A DNA stretch of 64,000 bases from contig MU619262.1 in NCBI GenBank assembly GCA_025201805.1, positions 127,978 through 191,977 of the forward strand, read 5' to 3'. Made by a program: the position numbers and the translations under genes. Source of the DNA: Parasitella parasitica NRRL 2501. Lineage: Eukaryota > Fungi > Mucoromycota. Of this stretch, positions 1 through 11,311 are shown one piece after another. How positions within the stretch are numbered: position 1 is the stretch's first letter; the number at the start of each line of letters is the position of its first letter. Under the pieces are notes generated by a model that worked only from the letters and a program-made list of their open reading frames with translations, made no database searches and was not told the origin of the DNA.

Positions 1-874
1 GCCTAGTATAAGGTATGACTATATATCTCTTTTTTTGATAAAAAATATTACAGTTTTGTCCTGTACTCACTTTAAAACGTTGATCTCGTGTCTAATCTCA
101 TCAAGATCCACTTGGTTGAAATGTGTTAATCGCAATTCTCCTACCGCAACAGTTTTCTGATAAATCACATTTAATAAGCTCATAAGGCGCACACAATTAC
201 AATTAAACACTCACTCCTTTATATATGCCTAACGATGCCGAAAAATTTTAGTATATATGTCAAATATATTGTTTATATAAACTATTTACCAGCATAACAA
301 TCTTTAAACCCTCCACTTCCCAGTTTTTTCCCAATATCTAATGCATCAAATGGAATGTCAAAATCAGGGTTCTTGTCGTCCAAAAACAACATTGATAAAT
401 CTCGAGAGTTTAATTCTAGTCGTTGCTGAGGAGGCAGGGTGGAAGACGAGTCTGGCAGTAGCTCTAATGCTGTATATAGCCTTGGTGTAGAAGGTGCAGG
501 TACCAATCGAACGTTTTCTTTCTGTGAATGACAAATGTTTGAGAAGATGAATCTTGTCAGTGTCAAATACATGTATCCCTACCCAACTAAGCAAATCATC
601 AATTAATTCTGTTTTTGCTCCCTCAGTTTTTAAGCCTAAAAGTACTATAGTTTAATATTCGTTTTCATGAACAATAGTCATGTTTATACCTCTTTCCTGA
701 CAGTACTCAATAATATCTGCTAGCATTAATTTGTCCAGCGAATCTCGGTCAATCATCTGCAATTGAAGATACCGTTTGTCAATCATTCCACAAGGAACGT
801 CAGTTGTAAATCATTAGTGTGCGTATTACCTCTAAAGATGGATCAACATGTCTGTTTAAAGTCTCGAATATCAT
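1..874 (-). CDS. SAP-domain-containing TKL-like protein kinase with WNK-type lysine placement; 5' part only, continues beyond left edge
   Basis: Spliced reading: MIFETLNRHVDPSLE (874-830) / MIDRDSLDKLMLADIIEYCQERG / LKTEGAKTELIDDLLSW (SAP-like) / ...FDIPFDALDIGKKLGSGGFKDCYAG / 14-nt microexon (G)IYKG (228-215) / KTVAVGELRLTHFNQVDLDEIRHEINVLK (kinase subdomains I-III). GT-AG introns throughout. Confidence 0.8.
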
Positions 875-1060
875 TAAATTTGAAAAAGAAGCAAAATGGA
901 GAAAAGACAGAAAGCATGTATCTTAAATGGCTTGCCATCAGCTGATAAAGGGTTCCCTGGCCGAGATACATCAAGATGGTGACACACCATGTGATTGCAT
1001 GATGATCCGTCCAGCCACAACTCACATATATTAAATGTTACCATGTAGAAGAGCCAATCT

Positions 1061-2477
1061 TTATTTTATCAAGCAAGCAGCAGCAACAACAGAAATAGCA
1101 ATAATTATTATATATGTAGTAGAAATAGTAGAATTCTTAGATGTAATTGTTGGATCTTGTCTTCTAAGCACTCAAAAATAGAAATGGAATTAGGCTCCTC
1201 GCTCTCCAAGATAAACTGTAGTATAAATGTATTTACCTGTTATAAGCAGGCTCCTTGGCATGCAGTGTTTTCCAACTGTTACTAACAAAAAGTGTGTTGC
1301 TTTTCAAGCTGGACACAATCCAATCTCCAACAGTAAGACCACCAAATAAAGGTAAAACACCAGCACCTTGCTTTCTCCCAAAAGTAACAAACATGGCATC
1401 TGGAATCTTTTTGTATTCGGCCGTTGGTTTTTTCTTTTTGACAGCAATCTGCACAATATTCTCAACTACAACGGGCGCATGTGCACCGATACGATAAGCC
1501 AACTTGGTTTCGTTGAAATCAGCAGCATCCCCTAAAACAAACACATTGGGTAAACCAGCATGGTCTACTTGGAATGTCTTCTTGACCTTGATGTAACCAT
1601 TTGTGTTTACAATCTCGGCACCGAGGGAAGAGTTCTTTAACCAAGCTGTCTCAGGACGATTACCAAAAGCCAGCAACACAAGATCCACATTTTCAATCAT
1701 CTGTCCCTTGTTTGTTTTAACGATACCTGCTTCAGGGATGTAAAAATGTTCCTTGAGATCACTGGGTAAATTGACAGTATCGTTAAAGATGGTATCGATT
1801 TTGTTCTTTTGTGCCAAACTCAACAAGTTTTTTCGTAATTTAGCATTGGGGCTGCTCGCTTCGTCCAAAAAGTTATCCTTGCCATGTACAATTGTGATTT
1901 TCTTCTCAGCATAAACATCACGGATCTCACCGGCCAATTCGATACCAACAGGACCACCACCAACAATCACAATAGAGTTTGCAGATTTGACACTGGCACG
2001 GAGCGATTCGAGATTGGCATGTGCCGCCTCATAGGTCAAAGCAGAGGCTTTGGCAGGGGAAGGATAATGTGTTCCGGTAGCAATAACCAAGTAATCATAA
2101 GCAATGCGACTGCCATGTTCTTCAATGGATTGATCCAATACAATTTCACCCTTTTCAAGCATCACCGCACTAGCTTGAACAACCTTGTTACTTTTGTTCT
2201 GAAATAGATCTGTATAAGGAATCAAGATGCGTGAATCCCAATCCAAAACAGCAGATCTGAGACCTGCAATAGCGTGATAAAAATGCGATTTCTTACGTTA
2301 TATTTATTTGAGTGAGTGGCCTGTGCATACACACAAAATATTTTAACTTATACATACCTTTTCAACTAGAATAATACGATGTTCCTGATCGTTGGATTTG
2401 GCTAATGCTTTTTCCAGGGCACCGGCAACTGTAATACCAGCAAAGCCACCACCGATGATAACAATGTTTTTGGTCAT
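1061..2477 (-). CDS. AMID/AIFM2(FSP1)-like FAD/NAD(P)H oxidoreductase with predicted spliced C-terminal TM tail
   Basis: Exon 1 MTKNIVIIGGGFAGITVA (FAD Rossmann). Then YDYLVIATG, IVIVGGGPVGIELAGEI (NAD(P)H) and NVFVLGD. The unspliced ORF stops at 1233; a 73-nt intron (1236-1164) leads to a hydrophobic last exon ending at 1061. Confidence 0.9.
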
Positions 2478-3986
2478 TTTTGAAAGGCGTGTGGAAGACA
2501 AAAAGTGCAAAGATAGAGAAATCAGAAAAATAAGCTATTTTAGATCACCAGAAACTAGGCTGGGCCCTTTTATATGCTCGTACGGCATAGACGGTCCAAT
2601 AAAGCAAGCTGGAATCAAATATTGCCGCTTGCGTCCGGATTATTAATGCTTATAAATTCATCATCTGGCAGGCTACATGGTGAATTGCTATAACTAAATA
2701 AGCAAAGTTTTCCGCATTGAAAAATTGGAAAAAAGTAGTGTAAATACGAAAAATAATCAACGCTACTTGACGCATATTTTTCATTTCGAGCTGGATATTC
2801 ATAGGGTTTTAAAAGCTAAAGAGTCCTTTAAGATTATTCCTCTTTGATTTTCTTAATTCGGCCATCAATGTCATGATCCAAGAGATCAGAATAACCTTCG
2901 TGATTTATCTGTTCTTCTTTCCCTTCCTATACATTTATTACCATGATCCAATAAACATACTTTTATACGTCACTTATCCCTCATTGATACCTATAACCAT
3001 ATATAAAATAGCAATCACAATTGACAACAACAACATCTAATAGCTTAACCTTAGGATCAAACCTTATAACCTATATATCTCATTGGAGCCTCTTAATCTA
3101 TCACAGTACATTTCTTTAATCACGCCTGCTTTTTCACACATTCATCTTCATTGAACTGCAATCCTTAACCACAAACCGTATCAGTCAGCCGAACTGATTA
3201 CCACTTGACAAGCTATCATTGATGTATACAATACACTACTGGATCCGCTATTAATATAGATAAGTTGGTTGAAAACGAGCATAAAACCTAAATCAACTTC
3301 AAAACATAATAAAGCTATCCATCAATCGGGTAAACCTGGTATAGACCAATATGCTTGCCGAGAAAATAATGGCTTACAAATAACGCCCCTCTTTCTTTTA
3401 ATGTTATCAAGTATCATTGTAATTGCTAAATAAATATCCTTCTCGTGTCATTGCATCTATAAAAATTTATGATTGAAATAAATTTATGGTTATAAATACA
3501 GATTCATCGTATCAAGCTCAAATGCTTGGTGGTTTTCGAGGAGAGTAGATGATTTGATAGCATCATAAATTAAAGCTTGGCGTTCATTGAAGGGCAAAAG
3601 ATCGTTTATTTGCCTTCCCATAATGATATGTTTGGGTTTTTGCAGAAAATCTGTCATTTCTAGATGGTCAATTTACTCTAAATTTTGAAAATAAAAATTA
3701 TCATTTTCAACAACATGAAATTGACTTGATTAAAACCCATCATTAATTATTCATGCATACATAATGCAACAATATGCAACTTGACATGGCCGTGTTTCCA
3801 AATAAAACAAAACAGTTTATATAGCAAGACTTGACGCAAAGTCAGCTTTTTCTTGTATCATACAGTGCTTTTACACGCGCAGTATTTTTTAATCATTTTC
3901 TTTATAGTGTACAAATGGGAAATGACTACTATTCTTTATAATCTAGCAATAGCGGTATTATTACCCAAAAATTCAGATCCATCGAG

Positions 3987-5249
3987 TCAAGCTGAAGCAA
4001 CCTTATAGCCAAGCGTATTCAAAGAGTTGGCCAAAGCTCCTTCAACCTTCTTGATGTGTTGGCGCTCATCTTCCATGACAGAGATACCCATGTGACCAAT
4101 TCTGAAGTATTTGGTAGCACACTCTTTGAGAATACCACCAGCAATTTGAACACCCTGTCCGGCCAAACCACCGACAAGTTCACCAACTTGAACGCCCTCA
4201 GGAAGCCAGACGGCTGTCATGCCGTTTGCGGAACATTCTTCGCATTGGGCTACTTGCTTAAGGCCCCAGTTCTTGATGGTTTGTCTAAATTGAGAAGCAA
4301 CCTGACGATGCTTTTCAAAGCGAACCTCAAGGGGCTGGCTGAGAACCTTGGTCAAAGAAGCATGGAGAGCATAGATAAGTTGAACAGCAGGAGTGGCAAA
4401 GTAAGAGGGTTTACGAGCTTCATAGGCTTGCATAACAGGGAGCCACTTGTTCCAGTTGGAGTAGTATGAGGGGATAGGAGTCTTTCTATCTTGGACAACT
4501 TGAAGAGCCTTTTGGCTGGCAACAACAATGGAGAGACCAGGGGGAACACCGAGACCCTTTTGAGAACCTGTGATAACGATATCCAAGTTCCAGGCATCGA
4601 AACGGATCTCCTCAGAACCGACGGAGCAAACGCCGTCAACAACAACCAAAGTGTTGGGAGAGACAGACTTGACAGTCTCTGCAACAGCCTTGATATCAGA
4701 AAGGACACCAGTACTAAACATTTGAAGTGTTGGTTATCCAAAGGCAATGAACATTTGAAAGGATTAGAGACTTACGAGGTGTCAACGTGTGTTACAGTGA
4801 CAAATTTGTATTGGGTCTTGGAACAAGCTTCCTTGATGGCTTCTTGGCTAGGGCGCGAGCCAACTTCAGCACCGAGTTGAGTAACCTTGGCACCATAAGT
4901 TTCAAGACTATCATGCGAGGTTAGCAAATATGCTTTCGTGTCTAGCTGGACTAACTTACCATTGAGCGAAATGAGAGCCGAAATAACCAGTGTTGAGAAG
5001 GAGGACCTCATCGCCTTGTTCAATCAAGTTAACCATCATATCCCAACCAAGGGTACCTGAGCCAGAGACAATGAAGGGTTGTGCGGTCTCCGAAATGACA
5101 GCCTTACGAACCATCTCGATAGTCTCGCCAAAGATGGGAACAAAGTTGGGATCGACATGAGATGTAGCAGGAGTTGCCATGGCAGCCAAAACATCTTCAT
5201 GAAATTCGATAGGGCCAGGGATCATACAAATTTTACGGTCAACAGTCAT
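3987..5249 (-). CDS. AGX1: Alanine:glyoxylate aminotransferase (class V PLP-dependent)
   Basis: MIPGP N-terminus, SGSGTLGWD, THVDTS/TGV, VVDGVCS, TGSQKGLGVPPG (PLP lysine), YFATP and FRIGHMG; 2 introns (~4959-4907, ~4774-4714). Confidence 0.95.
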
Positions 5250-5724
5250 TTTTTGGGGTTGATGGAGATAGTAAAGAAAGAAGGAGAAACTGAGCAAACC
5301 CAAGGTATTTATGGGAAAAAATTAGATGGCGTAACACAAAACACTTAATAGTTGCAATCAAAGGGAAAAATATAGACTGCTTTAAGACTTGCTGCGATAT
5401 GAATGATTCATCTGTGTCATCTATACCTATGACAGACATAGAAATTCTAACAAGGTAGCAAATTTGCATACTTTATTACAAGGTAATCTGGGTTTCCAGC
5501 TCGATATGAACATGCAAATATATTACTGATGATTTCAACACATATGCTATATAGTGGTACACAGTGGATGACTATGTTGACCTTAAAAGGAACTAATAAT
5601 GTCCTTATTATTCAACTTTTTCAGCAATAACATTTATCGTGAGAAGTTTAAATGTTTTTGACACGTCTTTGTTTGTATATGATTTACTACCGTATAATAA
5701 ATCAAAAGGGGTCATTTAAGTTTT

Positions 5725-6487
5725 TCAAAGGTGAATCACATCGGACTTGTCCAAAGACAAAGGTGCACCATTAGGATGCTCTTTTTCGTACTGAATGCAA
5801 GCAGCTTTCAGGTTGCTTATGAAGGCGGGTACACCTGTCTTTGCAGCCCAATTAATGACGGATATAGGTATGCTTCCCTATCATAAAATTAGCCTCCGTT
5901 ATTTTATATATTGCAATGCCATGGTGATGTACCTTGGGGTCGTCAAAGTAATCCATAAATACAGAACATCCTTCACCGTCCTGTCCAGTAGCGATACATA
6001 TATTTTGCATGTATGTATCAATACGAATGACGCCCTTACGCTCAGGGAAGCTTGCAGAGGGCAAAGACTCGCCGAGAATCACTTGATACTGTTTGCCATC
6101 TGATTCTGTTACTACTTTTCTTTCGATGGTATATGCGTAATCTCTGTTGGAAAGCGGCCAAGGATACTTCATTTCAAAATGGTTGCCATGATGAGAGTCT
6201 TCATGAGCTGGTTCTACCTTGAAGTATTGATGCGATTGCATATTCTTGTCCCATTTCTTTCTAAATTCTAAATCCAAGTAGACATGAGCTAGTGTATCTG
6301 ATTTGACATCGCTCCAACCACCAAAAGATCGATATTCGTACAGATTCGGATTTCTGTCGTGCGCAGGTCGGCGATATACAGTGAAATCTGAATTTTTGAC
6401 ATAAAACTCCCATTTTCCATCGAGCTTAGTCTGTTCTTTGCATTGTTTGACAAAGTCGCGAAATTTATCGTCAGGGAAAAATGGCAT
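5725..6487 (-). CDS. START-domain lipid transfer protein (PCTP/STARD2/STARD7-like)
   Basis: MPFFPDDKF..., YLDLEFRKKWD, MKYPWPLSNRDYAY, YFDDPK, then after one intron GSIPISVINWAAKTGVPAF...VIHL*. Confidence 0.88.
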
Positions 6488-7532
6488 TACGACAGTGAAA
6501 GAGAAAAGGAAAGAGAGACAAAGACAAAGACATCCTATATATAGAGCGTATCGATGACTCCCTTTGGATGATTCGAAATACGTTTTTTTTCTAATCATTG
6601 CGTCCAAAACGGTAGGAGGTTGTGACCGCAGCTGAAGTCTGTTATCTGGCCCCTTGTAGTCGAATGACCTATAGTTAAGCTTGGCTTGCCTCTTGTCCCA
6701 ACTATCCTTAATGCAAAATATTGGTTGGATAATATTACGCAAAAGACGAACAATTGCTAGCGTCATATAATACACTGTTTTATTGATAATAAGCTTACGT
6801 TAATCGCAGTATATTACTTTGTATAGCAATACCAAGTATCTTTGCATTCTATTTTAACCTCAAATTTTGGAAGTTTTCTGTGAAAGACAGGTTTGCAGTT
6901 GTTTGCGTTCCACAGCAAAAATGCAGACTGAGATGAAAAAGACAACGTTCATGTAAAACGGAAGCTACGACCTCGGTTACAACAGTGTCGTGCAAGACAT
7001 TTGATTTATCACAGATATGGTTAATCAATCACCAATGAGGCAATATTTTCAGGGAAACCTGCTTTACATTTCCTGGCTCATCTGAGAGCCAACGACTAAA
7101 TTAACGTAATAGCCGGGATGCGAGTAATATCAACTATCTTTGGCTATCAAAAGAGTACGGCATCTACAAGCACTCAGAGGGAAATTCGCTAGAATTTGAC
7201 AATCATTCATGTCATAAATGTTTAATTTTGCTATATGGCATCAACTTGCCTTGAGCACAAACCTTATAACCATAATTTGACTTAAAAGAGGTATTTGTTT
7301 CTGTCCCAATGACAAAGTGAAAGTGACAGCATCACTGGAAGAAGGGGCGATCAACACATGTTCATGCCAGATTATAGTTATATCGTATCCCTATTTCAGC
7401 AAGCAGTGCAGCTACACAATAGTTTCCTTGCTCACTAGCCTATTCGCCGCCTCGAAAACTCTCTAGATGAACAGCGCCTTTATTAAACCAGTTTTACTGT
7501 GCTATTTGGAAATTAATAATCGAGGATCACCA

Positions 7533-7542
7533 NNNNNNNNNN
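7533..7542. other. Assembly gap (N run) next to poly(A) tract
   Basis: 10 Ns directly visible. Confidence 1.
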
Positions 7543-7817
7543 AAAAAAAAAAAAAAAAAAAAAAAAAAAACGCTCAACATAGAGAAGAGGAGAAAGGAGC
7601 TGCCAATCCATTTTTGTGTGGCCACACACAAATCTAAGCACCTAACTTGTATTGAATTTTTCTATGAGCAGTTTCTGTAAACAACAGAAAACGTAAAAGC
7701 AAAACCTCAAAGTCAACACATGTTTATTCTTTGTTGTATTTACTATTTTATTATCAGTATTATTAAGTATTAAGTAGAACTATTATTACTAGTGAGGAAT
7801 TATCAAGGGGAAAATGG

Positions 7818-8339
7818 TTAGAATACAGATCCAGTGGTGTGCCATCCTTGGTGGAATGCGAGAGCACCGATAGCTATAGTAACGCCATAGAAGACAATGT
7901 TGAAGAATAAGCGAATAAGATGATGGCTGACACCGACTTCAGTAAAAGCGTTTACGACAGTAAAGGCAAAGAAGATCCAGGCCAAAATCATGACAGCGCG
8001 AGTAGAGCCAGAGCCGAATGTATTCAAAGCCAATACAGACAAGAGCAACAGGGTATTTTCAAACAGGACCTCATGAGCTCTTTGCAAACGATCAGTCAAT
8101 GAGGTGTGGAGGCCCTTCCACTTGGGCTTCTTGGCAGCAGCAGCCTCGCCTTCGCTGCCCACAGCTGCCTCAGGATCCGCAGCAGCAGCGCCAGTTTGGT
8201 CATGACCAAAGGCATGGCGAAGAAAATAAGAGAGACCCCATAGAACCCAGAGGGTGAAGAAGGCAATCCACGACGATCTGACGTAAGGATCAGTGACAAA
8301 TGCGCTGATGTTGGCTTGTTGTTGGCTATTAGTATCCAT
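7818..8339 (-). CDS. Small multi-pass membrane protein of unknown function (~4 TM)
   Basis: Intronless 173-aa ORF from MDTNSQQQ with hydrophobic segments WIAFFTLWVLWGLSYFL, LLLLSVLALNTF, AVMILAWIFFAFTVVNAF and FFNIVFYGVTIAIGALAF. Confidence 0.75.
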   Translation of the reverse strand: MDTNSQQQANISAFVTDPYVRSSWIAFFTLWVLWGLSYFLRHAFGHDQTGAAAADPEAAVGSEGEAAAAKKPKWKGLHTSLTDRLQRAHEVLFENTLLLLSVLALNTFGSGSTRAVMILAWIFFAFTVVNAFTEVGVSHHLIRLFFNIVFYGVTIAIGALAFHQGWHTTGSVF

Positions 8340-9077
8340 TTTGTGCGTAAGATTAGAAAAGACTAGGGAGCAGCAAAATGGCATTTGCAATGCCTCTTTT
8401 TATACCAGTTTTCGATCGCTGAACCATCACTCTCACCGCAATGGATGGTGGTGATGATGACAGTACTAAAGTGTCATAATTGCGAGCTGTATGGATAAAC
8501 AAACAAATTCATGTAGCATGAAAGCAGTCTTTGTAACACAGCATATCAGACATTATAATCACCATCACTTTCATAGAGGAATTTTGAGGTGGCACCTGAC
8601 TCTCTCTAGCATTGATAAGAGTCCTTTATATCAGTAATTTGCGTGAAAAGGCGCCAGAGAATTTAGCGCTAAGGATGCGTCGTAGAAAAGATCGCTTCAA
8701 GCGAATAATACAATCACTTGCAACAAGGACCAAAGATTTATACCAGCATGTTAGACTCAATGAATACTAGGATGACAGATGACTTTTGCATGTTGTCAGA
8801 AATGTTCAAATAAGGGATTTCCTGGCAATAAACATACACAAACAAAACATGGCATCGTAGTCCTTTTTTTTTTATTTATTTTTTGTATTGAAATAAAACT
8901 AAAGCGACCTGCAATGTACGATTAGATATATATTTATGTACTATGAACACTAATCATATTAAATCCAACGCAGGGCATAACGGACACTACATGGGATATA
9001 TATCATTTTGTTTTAATAGCAATAACAAAAGGAAATGAGGGGGAAGGGGGGGGGGAGGGGGTTTTATTGTTGTACAG

Positions 9078-11115
9078 TTAAACAGTTTCACTTCTATCTC
9101 TGTTGCTGTTACTATCTGATCTACTACTTTGATTGTTTAAGCTATGGTTACCATTTTTTTTGTTCAACCGCGCTCCAAGCTGTACAAACCCTTGCTTGAA
9201 GGCATTGGATTTCCGTGCTGACTGTCTTGTTAGAATTCTATCAGCTTCTTCGGATTGTCTGCCATGTAAAGCTGCAAATGGCAACGCAAGATTCTCGTGC
9301 CGTAGTCGCAACAGTGCTGTCGATGCGGGTTGCTGGCGGCGATGCGTCGCACTAGCTGGACGCAAACTGCTGGCGGATGATGATCTTGGGCACATTTTGG
9401 GTTTAGATGATGATGATAGTAATGAGATTGATGTTGTTGTTATTGTTGTTGTTGTTGTAGGAAATGCATTGATTGCAGCAGCTGCAGAGTTCAATGCTTC
9501 ATTTTCTGCAGTCGTGGGTAAACAAGGTATATCCTCACTACTGGAGCAAGATGATAAAAAACAATCCTGCTGTTGTACATGTTCCTCTAAGACGGGAGCA
9601 GACGATACACCCTCAGTGTCGATGAATGGTGGAGTTGATGGTGGTGGTGGCGGTGGTGGCGGTGGTGATGGCTGCTGTTGCACCACTAGCGCACAGATTG
9701 GCATAGATGCGCCGCTGGTAGGTGTCACTGAATGCGGTCGTTTGTAGTATGGTGTGGAAAACATGGCAGAAACACGATCGTTCTCGTCTGTCCAATGAGC
9801 ACAGCATAACTGGTAATCCAGTGTGATGACTTGCCTCCCAGCTCTTTCAATAAAGCGGCTACGAGAAACAAATGACTCAAAGTAAGGGCCAAAGCAAAAA
9901 GAGCACGTTTGTTTTTGTTCGAAATAGTCGACAATATGGCAATGTGATAGAGAGGCGGGCAAGCTGATGCTGTTTTTTACCATGTTTCTAGCACATATTT
10001 CGAGTAGGCTGGGTGGGTCGTGCGCTAGTGTGTGTACTACTTCGTTTTCAAATGCGCATCCTACAGCTGTCAGTTTTCGCAGCGATTTCAATGCGGATAT
10101 CTCGGCAGGTATTGTCTTTAGAGGATTGTGAGATACATTCAACGTGATCATATCGTCTAAATTTGATAGTTCTCGTGGCAGTTGTGAAAGTTGGTTGTGA
10201 TTGAGAACAAGGATGATAAGATTAGGCAAACTACCTATGCCTTTCGGCAATGTTGTCAAATTGTTATGGCTGAGATTGATGGCTTTGAGCTTCCCTAAAG
10301 ATGTGATTGTGTCTGGTATGGTTTCTAACTGGTTTTTGGAGGCATTGAATATACGAAGATTCTTTAACCTTCCAATAGCTCTTGGCAAATTTATCATTTG
10401 ATTATTGGATCTACCCTATGTGTTAATGTCCAAGACAAAATATGAAAGATCAATAAGCTTACAGGTCCAATTTGGTAAGATTATCAAGATGGCTAATGCT
10501 TGAACTTAGTTTAATGAGCGACCTGCCAGACAAGTCTAGCGCAAGTGAAGGCCCAGAGACTAGCCTTTTGGGAGTGCTGCTAGGCATGATTTCGTCAAGG
10601 GTTAATTTGGACCAACCCTCCTCACCTCGTAACGTATTGTTGTCATCATCGTCTTCTGACATAATGCTGTCATCCTCGGCATCAGAGCCATTCAATGAGT
10701 TAGCACTGGTAGGTGTACTAGCATCAGCAGCAGCAAAGACTGCATCCAATTCAACGTCATTGTCATCATCATCTTCGTAATGCACAATGTTGGGATAGTA
10801 AGTTTCATCAATGTAGTTCAAGTCGTTGGCCAGATCTCTTTTTACAAGAGAAAGTCTCTTTTCCTGGCTGTAGCATCTGCATAACTGTGTATTCCTCTGG
10901 TCAGCAGCCATCATTGAATAATGTTTTTTGGAGGAACAATGTTGGCACGTCGGCTCTAGTTTGTAGAGATGAGGATTGTCGAGAACAAAGTCAGGCAAAG
11001 TGCGATCTCGACTGTCACTTCCAGTGCCTTCATTATTCTCTGGCTCGTGATAACTATTGCCAATGTATCCGAATGTGAGCGGTGCATTAGCTCCATTCGA
11101 CTGCTGCTGACCCAT
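9078..11115 (-). CDS. Leucine-rich-repeat protein with N-myristoylation motif, BC-box-like and Cys-rich module (LRRC58/LRRC28-like)
   Basis: Starts MGQQQS. LRRs LDLSGRSL, LDLSNNQM, FNASKNQL, INLSHNNL, LVLNHNQL, LNVSHNPL. Then PPSLLEICAR...CSFCFGPYF...LCCAHW. One intron ~10462-10413. Confidence 0.85.
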
Positions 11116-11311
11116 TATTTTGGCGCTTTTGTATATATCCAAACCAGAAGCAAAAGAGATAAAACTCTTGTATGATATCTGTGGTATTTTTCTCTTTGTG
11201 TAACTATTCAGGTAGCACAATAAAGTCTTCGAATGCTGCAACCAGTTCCTGTAGTTTGAAGATTTCACATATATTTTTATTTATATATACATCAGCTAAA
11301 AAGGTTCAGTA

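Noticed and set aside
3040-3270. Possible LINE reverse-transcriptase relic (YNLYISLEPLNLS; TGSAINIDK)
   Set aside because: Only faint motif echoes, with no YADD or QG motif; cannot be supported without a search.
5250-5303. In-frame TTG-initiated N-terminal extension of AGX1 (possible mitochondrial isoform, as in mammalian AGT)
   Set aside because: No Arg-rich amphipathic character; looks like ordinary pyrimidine-rich leader sequence.
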